Assembly: GCA_001823545.1 (NCBI GenBank)
Contig: MHUV01000005.1
Span: 15,910 to 79,909, forward strand
Length of the DNA: 64,000 nt
Reading direction: 5' to 3'
From: Candidatus Yonathbacteria bacterium RIFCSPLOWO2_01_FULL_43_27
Lineage (GTDB): Bacteria > Patescibacteriota > Minisyncoccia > Phycocordibacterales > UBA1550
Every line of letters begins with the position of its first letter. Within the stretch, counting starts at the first letter, position 1. Positions 51,003-59,220 of this stretch are shown here, one piece after another. The position numbers and the translations under genes were made by a program. The notes under the pieces are model-generated. The model ran no database searches. It saw only the letters and a list, made by a program, of their open reading frames with translations, and was not told the DNA's origin.

Positions 51003-51057
51003 ATATACTAATAACCTATATCATTTTAGACAGAAAATCAAATTTAAGGAGGTAACA

Positions 51058-51222
51058 ATGACGAGAACCATATTCGCTGGACTAAAAGAGGAGCTCTCTA
51101 AAAAACATCCGAACGGCGCAACATATGAAGACATAAATACGTTCTGCGACGAGCACCCGGTCCTTCGCCATCCACAGGCACGAATGGATTTCAATGCGTA
51201 CATCCTATGTGCTGGAGAGTAG
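51058..51222 (+). CDS. Small protein paralogue 1 (54 aa), hypothetical
   Basis: Strong RBS AAGGAGGTAACAATG ahead of MTRTIFAGLKEELSKKHPNGATYEDINTFCDEHPVLRHPQARMDFNAYILCAGE, followed by the terminator CCCCTCTTTTGCAAGAGGGG-T-run. Confidence 0.55.
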   Translation: MTRTIFAGLKEELSKKHPNGATYEDINTFCDEHPVLRHPQARMDFNAYILCAGE

Positions 51223-51337
51223 CACATGCACCCCCATCCCTACCCCTCTTTTGCAAGAGGGGTATTTTTTAATTATGTTGACTTATGACTCGGTAAGGAA
51301 TATTATAATACCAGAAAAAATTTAAAAGGGGGTTGCT

Positions 51338-51499
51338 ATGTCGTCTAAAATTTTTAGTGATTTAGAGCAGGAGTTTTTAAAAAAGTATCCTCAAGGGCCG
51401 ACAGACGAGGATATTAACAAGTTCTGTAATGAATATTCATTTCTCCGTTGCGGCAAGAGAAAAGCTGAATTTATCAAATATATTTTTAGAAAAGACTAA
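51338..51499 (+). CDS. Small protein paralogue 2 (53 aa), hypothetical
   Basis: RBS AAGGGGGTTGCTATG ahead of MSSKIFSDLEQEFLKKYPQGPTDEDINKFCNEYSFLRCGKRKAEFIKYIFRKD, which shares the F..L..E..KK.P.G.T.EDIN.FC.E pattern with paralogue 1. It has its own terminator, GCCCTTCTCGTCGAGAAGGGC-T-run. Confidence 0.55.
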   Translation: MSSKIFSDLEQEFLKKYPQGPTDEDINKFCNEYSFLRCGKRKAEFIKYIFRKD

Positions 51500-51543
51500 A
51501 AATTAATTTTTACCCGCGCCCTTCTCGTCGAGAAGGGCTTTTT

Positions 51544-52434
51544 TTAATACGAGAGCCAGTTTTTATGTCGCGGATATTCTCCAGAGACAAGACGTTGATA
51601 GGTCTCACGAATATTTTTCGTTACCACTCCTTCTTTCCCTATGCCAACGATTTCCCCATCAATATTTCCAATAGCAGTTATTTCCGCCGCTGTGCCAGTA
51701 AAAAAAGCTTCGTTGTATTTCTTGATATCCCGTGGTTTTATGTCTTTTTCAATAACCTCATATCCGAGGTCACGCGCAAGAGCCATTACGGTGTTACGAG
51801 TGATTCCCGAGAGAATTGCATTGGTAGATGGTAAATAAACGGTATTTCCTTTAACGAAAAAAATATTTTCTCCAGGACCTTCCGCTATATTACCTTTATA
51901 ATCCAAAAAAAGTGCTTCATCATATTTTGCTTTTTTTGCCTCAAGTGTCGACAAAATTGAATTGGCGTAATGTCCAGAAATTTTTGCACCCATATCACTA
52001 CTCTCAGGATGAATGCGTATGTATTTTGAAATCTTAACTTTTATTACCTCTTTTGCGAGATATTTCCCCCACGGCCAACATGCAATTGCCACATTCACGT
52101 CTGCCCCTGTTGGGTCAAGTCCCATTTTTGAACCATAGAAAACGATTGGTCTAATATATCCACTCGTTAATTTATTTTTCACGATAAGAGTCAGTACTGC
52201 ATCGCAAAGTTCTTTCTGGGAATACGGGATGTTCATACCCATCACCTTAGCAGAATAAAAAAGACGCTTAATATGATCCTCTAGGCGAAAGACCGCGGGT
52301 CCATTTTTTGTTTCATAAAATCTAATACCTTCAAACACCGCACTTCCGTAGTGTAGGCTGTGTGTTAACAGAGGAACTGATGCCTTTGCCCCGCTGACAA
52401 AACCCCCATTCATCCAAACAAATTTTATATTCAT
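51544..52434 (-). CDS. ilvE: Branched-chain/class IV aminotransferase
   Basis: PLP-fold type IV motifs and an EGxxxNiF-like segment (AEGPGENIFFV). Confidence 0.75.
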   Translation of the reverse strand: MNIKFVWMNGGFVSGAKASVPLLTHSLHYGSAVFEGIRFYETKNGPAVFRLEDHIKRLFYSAKVMGMNIPYSQKELCDAVLTLIVKNKLTSGYIRPIVFYGSKMGLDPTGADVNVAIACWPWGKYLAKEVIKVKISKYIRIHPESSDMGAKISGHYANSILSTLEAKKAKYDEALFLDYKGNIAEGPGENIFFVKGNTVYLPSTNAILSGITRNTVMALARDLGYEVIEKDIKPRDIKKYNEAFFTGTAAEITAIGNIDGEIVGIGKEGVVTKNIRETYQRLVSGEYPRHKNWLSY

Positions 52435-52476
52435 AAAAAGTAGTATACACTGAAAGTGAATGGAGTAAAAATAAGG

Positions 52477-52803
52477 CTAAGATTGTAACGTAAACCTAAT
52501 AATTTTCACGACACTTTCAGGGGCAACTTTATCCCCATAATATTTTCTATATTCTTCGTACATTTTTTCAGTACTTTCAAATTTTTCATGTCCTTCAAAA
52601 TCTGAGTCCTGAAGTTCTTTCAACATTTTCTCTTTTACAGAAACAATGAGTGCGCTACCAAACTGCTCTTTAGTATTCCAATTAAGCAAGAGAACATTAT
52701 CGCCCACCTGAATATCCTTGTCGTCAAAAAGCCGCCACGTACAATCCTTTTCTCCAGATAAAACAAGGGGGACGAGGTACTCTCTAAATTTAATAGTTTT
52801 CAT
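52477..52803 (-). CDS. ASCH domain protein
   Basis: A small beta-barrel pattern (TWRLFDDKDIQVGDNVLLLN) in a 108-aa protein. Confidence 0.55.
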   Translation of the reverse strand: MKTIKFREYLVPLVLSGEKDCTWRLFDDKDIQVGDNVLLLNWNTKEQFGSALIVSVKEKMLKELQDSDFEGHEKFESTEKMYEEYRKYYGDKVAPESVVKIIRFTLQS

Positions 52804-52826
52804 AAAGATACACTCACACGTTTATA

Positions 52827-52902
52827 TGGAGCCACCTCCCAGATTCGAACTGGGGACCTTTGCTTTACAAAAGCATTGCTCTACCAACTGAGCTAAGGTG
52901 GC
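52827..52902 (-). tRNA. trnT: tRNA-Thr (anticodon UGU), CCA encoded
   Basis: Acceptor GCCACCT/AGGTGGC, D-arm GCTC-AGTTGGTA-GAGC, anticodon loop TTTGTAA, T-arm CCCCAGTTCGAATCTGGG, and 3' TCCA. Confidence 0.8.
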
Positions 52903-52990
52903 ATATGAACCTACAACCAACTACTTACAACAAACAATTTATAACATCCTCGCAATACTTTTGTAAAGCATTGGCTATTTGTCTTTCTTG

Positions 52991-53010
52991 CCAACTGAGC
53001 TAAGGTGGCA
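52991..53010. repeat. 20-nt exact duplicate of the tRNA-Thr 5' end, with a degenerate anticodon-arm-like segment upstream
   Basis: CCAACTGAGCTAAGGTGGCA is identical to 52884..52903, and 52953-52969 resembles the tRNA anticodon stem-loop. Confidence 0.6.
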
Positions 53011-53060
53011 ATCAAATTTTCAATTTTTATATCATAGCACATTACCAAAAAACGTACACA

Positions 53061-53459
53061 CTACATAATTTCTGACTTAATTATTTTCTTATGTTCTGCG
53101 ATGTCACGCAAAAAGAAAGAAGCGGAACCCTTGTTTTTTATAACACCCTTCCCTTTTACCATATCGAGCCATGTACTTAAACGTCTTCGTATTTTTTGTC
53201 CTAGAATGAGCGCAACGTGAAGCACTTCGTGCGCAACCACGTAAAATACCATCAGAGCAAATGCCCGTGCTCGTGCCCAATATGTATCACGAAATACACC
53301 CCACCACATATGAGCAATATCGTAGAACTTACCATGAAGCTCACTCTCGATACCTTCAACAAGAGACAGTTTAAGAGAACGAAGTGATACAATCTTCCAC
53401 CCCACCATACCAACAATGATTACCAGAGAAAGATAGAACAATGTAATTATGATGAACAT
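53061..53459 (-). CDS. Hypothetical membrane protein
   Basis: 132 aa with 2-3 TM helices; no motif. Confidence 0.35.
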   Translation of the reverse strand: MFIIITLFYLSLVIIVGMVGWKIVSLRSLKLSLVEGIESELHGKFYDIAHMWWGVFRDTYWARARAFALMVFYVVAHEVLHVALILGQKIRRRLSTWLDMVKGKGVIKNKGSASFFLRDIAEHKKIIKSEIM

Positions 53460-53529
53460 AAGATAAAATTGTTTTTCAAAAGCTTTCGTTACCTGTTAAC
53501 GAAATACTTTATAAAAACGCTACCTCGTA

Positions 53530-54117
53530 CTATGCAAGTGCAAAACGCACAAAACGCGCGACCGCAATTTTTTCACCAAACTTCTGCACACCGCCATCTA
53601 TCAACTGCTTGATCGTAATGTCAGGATTTTTTACAAATGGCTGTGCAAGGAGCGTGCGTTCTGCAAAGTACGAAGCAAGCTTGCCTTCAATCATTTTTGT
53701 TTGGATGTCTGCTGGTTTCCCAGATTCATCAACTTCCTTTTTAAGCGTTGCTTCTACATGTGCACGAACCTCGTCGGTAATAGCAAACTCATCAACAAAT
53801 TCTGGAGCTGAAGCAGCAACGTGCATCGCAATATCGCGTGCAAGCGCTACGAACTCCTCGTTACGGGCAACAAAGTCAGTCTCGCATGAAAGTTCAACGA
53901 GTGCGCCGATTGATTTTGTGTTGTGGATATATGATTCGATAACGCCAGCACCAAGCTCGCGATCACTTTTCTTTGCAGCAATATCACCACTCTTTTTTCG
54001 AAGAATAGCAAGTGCTTTTTCTTTATCTCCCTCTGCCTCTTCGAGAGCTTTTTTACACTGCATTACCGAGATACCTGTCAGATCACGTAATTCCTTGATT
54101 TGTTCGGTAGAAATCAT
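53530..54117 (-). CDS. tsf: Elongation factor Ts (short form)
   Basis: Begins MISTEQIKELRDLTGISVMQCKKALEE, a UBA-like N-terminus, and sits downstream of rpsB. Confidence 0.85.
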   Translation of the reverse strand: MISTEQIKELRDLTGISVMQCKKALEEAEGDKEKALAILRKKSGDIAAKKSDRELGAGVIESYIHNTKSIGALVELSCETDFVARNEEFVALARDIAMHVAASAPEFVDEFAITDEVRAHVEATLKKEVDESGKPADIQTKMIEGKLASYFAERTLLAQPFVKNPDITIKQLIDGGVQKFGEKIAVARFVRFALA

Positions 54118-54164
54118 AATGTTAATTTTTATAGTTACGAACGCGTAACAATCACGAAGGAATG

Positions 54165-54944
54165 CTATTCCTTTGACTCACGACCATCTTTGAACGCCTG
54201 CGTGATTTGTCCAATAAAGAACGAGATACTTGAAACAGAACTGTCATTACCAGGGATAGGGAGTTCAATTTCTCTCAAGTTACAATCTGAGTTTGCAAGA
54301 GCAACTACAGGAATACCGAGGAACTGAGCTTCTTTTACCGCGATGATTTCCTTTTTAGGATCGATCACAAAAAGTGCTGCGGGCATATCCTTCATTGAAA
54401 CGAGACCTGCGAAATTTCTCTCGAGACGCTCGATATCTTTATCGATAAGAAGTCGCTCCTTTTTTGTGTACATTGAAAGCTCACCTTTTTCACGCTTTGC
54501 GCGGAGATCTTCAAGGAGCGCAATGCGTCGCTTGATCTCGGAAAAGTTGGTAAGGATACCACCTACCCATCGCTCTGCAACAAACGGCATATCGACAGAA
54601 AGCGCGCCATCCTCTACCGCTTTTTTCCCTTCGTTTTTTGTACCTACAAAAAGAAGTTGCTTACCACCTTTTGCTAAGGTTTTCACAAAATCCTTTGCAC
54701 GCTCAAGCTCTGCGCTTGTTTTTTCGAGATCAAGGATTTCTACGCCTCCCTTTGCACCAAAGATGAATTGGTTTACCGATGGGTGACGGCGTGAACGCGA
54801 ATAACCAAAATGCGCGCCTGCAGCGAACATATCAGTAATAAGCCCTTCGTTTTTTGATTTGATATCCATAAGTTCCACCAGCTTACCAAAAAGAGGTAAA
54901 AGATGCAAGCGCGGGACTACGCGCGTCGTTTTGATGCTCGCCAC
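54165..54944 (-). CDS. rpsB: 30S ribosomal protein S2
   Basis: S2 signature region; the rpsB-tsf pair is conserved. Confidence 0.9.
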   Translation of the reverse strand: MASIKTTRVVPRLHLLPLFGKLVELMDIKSKNEGLITDMFAAGAHFGYSRSRRHPSVNQFIFGAKGGVEILDLEKTSAELERAKDFVKTLAKGGKQLLFVGTKNEGKKAVEDGALSVDMPFVAERWVGGILTNFSEIKRRIALLEDLRAKREKGELSMYTKKERLLIDKDIERLERNFAGLVSMKDMPAALFVIDPKKEIIAVKEAQFLGIPVVALANSDCNLREIELPIPGNDSSVSSISFFIGQITQAFKDGRESKE

Positions 54945-55594
54945 GCCTCGATCTTCTTATGGTCGCCACCCAAGAGAACCTTGGGGACACGGTATTTTTT
55001 ACCTTTCCATTCGTAGACCTCGGGACGCGTATAACACTCAGGCGACGCCGTCTGGCCAGTTTGAGGACGTTCTTCCTCGAGTGATTCGTATGTACCGAGA
55101 ACTCCCTCGACCTGACGCGCGCATGCATCCACAACAATCATTGCAGGGATTTCCCCACCCGTCAAGACAAACGGCCCTACACTGATGTCTTCTGCTTTAA
55201 AAATTTTTTTCACGCGTGCGTCAACCCCCTCGTACCGTCCCGCAATGAGCACAATATCGGTATATTTTTTCACCAACGCTTTTGCATACACATTGGTAAA
55301 TTGTTTTCCTGAAGGTGAGAAGATAATAATTTTTGTTTTCGTATTTTTACGGCGTGCAATACTCTTTGCCACACTCTCGAGCGATCGCACCAAAGGATCA
55401 ACCATCATTACCATACCTGGACCTCCCGCATACGGACGATCATCTACTTTTCCCCATTTATTTTGTGCATATTCACGTGGATCAACGTACAAAACTTCGA
55501 GAAGATTTTTCTCCTGTGCTCGTCCAAGAATAGACGCCTCGCAATATGCGCGCACCATCTCAGGGAAAATGCTAACAATATGAAAACGAATCAT
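54917..55594 (-). CDS. trmD: tRNA (guanine37-N1)-methyltransferase
   Basis: Begins MIRFHIVSIFPEM, with a SPOUT knot GGPGMV-like motif. Confidence 0.85.
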   Translation of the reverse strand: MIRFHIVSIFPEMVRAYCEASILGRAQEKNLLEVLYVDPREYAQNKWGKVDDRPYAGGPGMVMMVDPLVRSLESVAKSIARRKNTKTKIIIFSPSGKQFTNVYAKALVKKYTDIVLIAGRYEGVDARVKKIFKAEDISVGPFVLTGGEIPAMIVVDACARQVEGVLGTYESLEEERPQTGQTASPECYTRPEVYEWKGKKYRVPKVLLGGDHKKIEAWRASKRRA

Positions 55595-55600
55595 ACGTAC

Positions 55601-55912
55601 CTATATCGCTAAATCGTCGATTGCCTCATCAACAGTCTTTACTGCACTTGAGCGCTTACCACCCTCGGGTTCATTAATCTTCAAATTCACGCGTGCGTTA
55701 TTCTTCATACCTACCGTACGAAGGAGTGTACGGATTGCCTTCGCGGTATTGCCGTCACGACCAATGATTTTACCCATATCACTTGGATTTACCTCAAGCG
55801 TAATAAGGACGCCCATTTCATCGACAATGCGATCTACGTGCACATCACTTGGATTATCTACGAGAGCTTTTACTACATATTCTAAAAATACTACATCTGG
55901 TTCTTGTGTCAT
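55601..55912 (-). CDS. KH-domain RNA-binding protein (YlqC/UPF0109 family)
   Basis: KH motif IIGRDGNTAKAIR. Confidence 0.75.
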   Translation of the reverse strand: MTQEPDVVFLEYVVKALVDNPSDVHVDRIVDEMGVLITLEVNPSDMGKIIGRDGNTAKAIRTLLRTVGMKNNARVNLKINEPEGGKRSSAVKTVDEAIDDLAI

Positions 55913-55957
55913 GGTTTTACAATCTTTAACTGGTAATGTATTTTCAATACGATTGCT

Positions 55958-56146
55958 TAGAGCTTGTTTAGAATCTAATGGCTGACCAAAATAACAAAAT
56001 TTCGAGCGAAAAACGAACTGGAGCTCAAGCCGTATCGAGATACGGTTTGAGCGAAGTGAAGTTTTGCAGCCGAGATTTTGTTGTTTTGGTAGCCAAGTAT
56101 GGTTTCCAAGGTTTATTTCACGATTAGATTCTAAACAGGCTCTTAC
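55958..56146. ncRNA. Candidate structured RNA: ~190-nt long imperfect hairpin with central bubble and terminal stem-loop (6S-RNA-like), or a MITE-like inverted repeat
   Basis: Outer 21-bp inverted repeats AGAGCTTGTTTAGAATCTAAT / ATTAGATTCTAAACAGGCTCT. An inner imperfect stem pairs GGCTGACCAAAATAACAAAAT with ATTTTGTTGTTTTGGTAGCC. Two ~22-nt unpaired arms enclose a terminal hairpin GCTCAAGCCGTATC-GAG-ATACGGTTTGAGC. Confidence 0.35.
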
Positions 56147-56215
56147 ATATTATACTACATATCGCCCCAGAAAACGCAACATATGATTAATCTTACGAGG
56201 TAGTATTCTTCTAAT

Positions 56216-56267
56216 TTCTAGTATCGACGTATAATATACTATAGTATATTATACGTCGATACTAGAA
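56216..56267. repeat. Perfect 52-bp palindrome (26 + 26) with imperfect extension to about 56199..56282
   Basis: TTCTAGTATCGACGTATAATATACTA | TAGTATATTATACGTCGATACTAGAA; the flanks GTAGTATTCTTC / GAAGAAAAAATACTAC extend the symmetry. Confidence 0.9.
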
Positions 56268-56375
56268 GAAAAAATACTACATGAGCTAGTTAAATGTTTA
56301 AATTGATCTGCTCTCTCAGTATGATATACAGATATTCCACAAGGTGGGAATCTGGTTCGCAAAAGTTTTCTTGTG

Positions 56376-57368
56376 CTAGTGTGTCGATGCAGAGGCGATA
56401 CACGCATTGAACGCCTGCACCTCGGCGTTATATTGCGCGATTAAAATTCTCGTTGCCTCGACGAGCGCATTATATATTGGCACGAGCGCATTATACTCCC
56501 CCACAACCACATTATATGAAGGGTTGTAGGGTGGTGTTGATTCAAGGAGTGCCTTCTTTATATCAAGTTCGTTCTTCAAAAAAGCTATTTGACTATTATT
56601 GTTATCAATAGTGGTTTTTGTTGCAGTATTAATTGTCGGGCACGATGATAAAGGTTTACCAAAACTCTGCACGGCGAGCCACGTCTCTCGCCCTTCATAC
56701 ATCCCCTTCCCAACGGCGATACCGATTTCTTGATATTGCGCATTGAGGATATTTGCACGATGTCCAGGACTTGCCATCCACGCATCCACCAACTTAGCGT
56801 TATTTTCAAAATTACCCAGTGCAAGATTTTCACCCACTACTACATACGCATACCCTACCGTTTTAGCAAGATCTGAAGGGCCAACTCCTATCGGCGAAAC
56901 ATGCTCGAAGTATTGTCTGGCAAACATATCTGCAAGTTTCAACTGTGCGCTATGTTCCAATGTCGTATTATAGAGAAGTGCGGGGAGAGCACCATTCTGC
57001 GCGCGCGCACTATTTGTATAAGAAAAAACGCCCTCTTTCGTAAGTGTTTGAGGTGAAGCAACCACACTACCTTCCTGAGTAATACGAAGTGGCCCTGGCG
57101 CCACCACTATTGTTTCTGTTTTTGCAGTAGTAACAGCAAGTGCGCCATTCGTTTTTGTGGGAGTATTAATTTTTGTAACGACCGGCGTTGTCTGTGTAGA
57201 TTTTGCTGATACGCTTTTCTGAGCAACGATAGGTGCCGACGTCGTCGCTGTTTTTTGTACAATACCAGGGGTAGTACTACGAGAATTCTCAAAGTAAGAG
57301 TACGACAAAAAACCTATAGCTAAAAATATTACAATCGATAAAAATGTTTTTATGAAATTAGCAAACAT
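56376..57368 (-). CDS. CAP/SCP/PR-1-like domain protein (YkwD family), membrane-anchored
   Basis: An N-terminal TM helix, a Thr-rich linker, and a C-terminal CAP domain (MASPGHRANILNAQYQEIGIAVG). Confidence 0.65.
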   Translation of the reverse strand: MFANFIKTFLSIVIFLAIGFLSYSYFENSRSTTPGIVQKTATTSAPIVAQKSVSAKSTQTTPVVTKINTPTKTNGALAVTTAKTETIVVAPGPLRITQEGSVVASPQTLTKEGVFSYTNSARAQNGALPALLYNTTLEHSAQLKLADMFARQYFEHVSPIGVGPSDLAKTVGYAYVVVGENLALGNFENNAKLVDAWMASPGHRANILNAQYQEIGIAVGKGMYEGRETWLAVQSFGKPLSSCPTINTATKTTIDNNNSQIAFLKNELDIKKALLESTPPYNPSYNVVVGEYNALVPIYNALVEATRILIAQYNAEVQAFNACIASASTH

Positions 57369-57371
57369 ATG

Positions 57372-58199
57372 TTATACAATTTTCTGTGCTTCCAAAAAGA
57401 GGAAGAGGGGGATTTCCTTTCGTGCGCGATCCTCGGCATTTTTTCGTGGACCTTTTTCGCTCTCTCGATGAGAAAGCCATTCTTCAAGACGCGCCACCGC
57501 AAATCCTGCGTTCGCCAAAATTTTGAAATAATACTGAAGAGGACGATGAAATGAAATCGTCTCGGCGGTTCCCGGTTTGCTTGGGTTCATATCGATGACG
57601 GCCTTACTCTCCGACATATAACGATCGATGCGACGGTATTGTGTCTTTGTTTCTTCGTCGAACCCCCACGCACTCGCTTTTGGAATACGAAATGCGGGAT
57701 GATTGAGCACAAGATAGAGCTTCCCCCCTTGCGTCAACACTCTGTTACACTCTTTGAAAACCTTGTGCGGTGCCTCAATGTTTTGAATAGCAAGCACAAT
57801 TGAAATTTTTTCAAAATAATTATCTTCAAACATGGCGAGGTCGTCCGCAGAACGAACAAAATATTTTATCTCTTTTGGTGATTGCTTTTTTGCACGCGTA
57901 ATGAGATCGCTCGCAATATCTACCCCTTGCACTTGAGTTCCTGCAAGATGAAACGCGCGCGTAAAAAACCCCTGTCCGCACGCAAGGTCAAGCACGCGCT
58001 CCCCTTTCTTGAGGTTCATCGCGCGCACGATATTTGGTAACACTACTTTTGTTTGATAGGTATCATCTCCTTTTTCAAGAAGCGCATCGTACCACCCTGC
58101 CACACCTCCCCACGATGTTGTGTGGGTTGCGCGAATCACCTTTTTTTCATTCTTTTTTCCTTCTGTCATATAGGTATGTATTGTATCATAAATGTTCAC
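57372..58199 (-). CDS. Class I SAM-dependent methyltransferase
   Basis: Motif I VLDLACGQGFF and post-I acidic residue GVDIASDL. Confidence 0.7.
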   Translation of the reverse strand: MNIYDTIHTYMTEGKKNEKKVIRATHTTSWGGVAGWYDALLEKGDDTYQTKVVLPNIVRAMNLKKGERVLDLACGQGFFTRAFHLAGTQVQGVDIASDLITRAKKQSPKEIKYFVRSADDLAMFEDNYFEKISIVLAIQNIEAPHKVFKECNRVLTQGGKLYLVLNHPAFRIPKASAWGFDEETKTQYRRIDRYMSESKAVIDMNPSKPGTAETISFHRPLQYYFKILANAGFAVARLEEWLSHRESEKGPRKNAEDRARKEIPLFLFLEAQKIV

Positions 58200-58253
58200 C
58201 TAGAACCCGTTTTAAAACAACAGAAGACCGCCAATCGCTTGACGGTCTTGGGC

Positions 58254-58712
58254 CTATGGAACAGGAATGACTTTCTTTCGAAAGAAGATTCCGAGTGGCA
58301 TACTAATAAAAGGAGGACGGAAATCTTTTACCCAAGCAGGGGCGATGGGGAGCCCATCCGAGAGCGAAAGAAATGAATTCAACCCCCCTGCCAGAAATTC
58401 TACCGTGCTACAGTCAACAACTATCTCTGCTAGGAGCGTAGGCAGGCCAATGATGTGCCCGCAATAGACATTCCTCTCCTTATTGAAGGACGTTGAGAGG
58501 GTAAACTTCTCATAGTTCTGAAGTTTCTTTGCGAAGCTTACGGCAAGTCCGCACCTCTCAAGAACATCTATGTCGGGATCAGTTCCAATACCTCCTGGAT
58601 ATGCACGAGGTAAAAAATCCTTATCCCGAAAATCAATACGATAGACTATGATATTGTACTCCCTTTTCCCATATTTTGCCTGAATTTTAGAATCCAGTAT
58701 TGAGTCTGCCAT
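58254..58712 (-). CDS. Hypothetical protein
   Basis: 152-aa ORF; no recognisable motif. Confidence 0.35.
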   Translation of the reverse strand: MADSILDSKIQAKYGKREYNIIVYRIDFRDKDFLPRAYPGGIGTDPDIDVLERCGLAVSFAKKLQNYEKFTLSTSFNKERNVYCGHIIGLPTLLAEIVVDCSTVEFLAGGLNSFLSLSDGLPIAPAWVKDFRPPFISMPLGIFFRKKVIPVP

Positions 58713-58787
58713 TTTCCACCTCCTTGTTATTAAACTTACTCTGAATTCAGCATACCACGAAAAATTAGAACTGCAAAGAAAGTGATG

Positions 58788-59177
58788 CTAGGCGATATTT
58801 GTATTCCCTTCTTCTTTTATCTCACGTATTTCTTCCTTGATCTCTTTTAAATCTTCCTTAATATCACGCAACGTTGCGAGCTCTGCTCGCACCTCATCTT
58901 CTGTTTTATCAATAACCTTTTTTTCTTTTTTGAGACCACTCAACACCAACTGATCTCCTACAAAATGAGAAACAAATACGCCGGAGGCAAGGAGAATCAC
59001 GAGCGAAAGGATGATGCTTGTGATACTTCCTACGTTCATTTCATCGAAAAGGATCCAGATCCCGCGGAAAAAAAGTACCGCGCCAATACCGGCAATAAGA
59101 CCGTACAAAATTGGGCGTCGAGAAAGCCACGAACGAATGATGTCCTCAAGGCGATCAAAAAATCTTACAATATTCAT
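58788..59177 (-). CDS. Hypothetical membrane protein with C-terminal coiled-coil
   Basis: 2 TM helices followed by a K/E-rich heptad segment. Confidence 0.4.
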   Translation of the reverse strand: MNIVRFFDRLEDIIRSWLSRRPILYGLIAGIGAVLFFRGIWILFDEMNVGSITSIILSLVILLASGVFVSHFVGDQLVLSGLKKEKKVIDKTEDEVRAELATLRDIKEDLKEIKEEIREIKEEGNTNIA

Positions 59178-59220
59178 AATGTCAGTTTATCATGAAGCCT
59201 CTCGGTAACGCAAAGTGTTG

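Noticed and set aside
50908-51222. 104-aa ORF as listed in the ORF track
   Set aside because: Its upstream half is antisense to aroQ. The real gene most likely starts at the internal ATG (51058), which has a consensus RBS.
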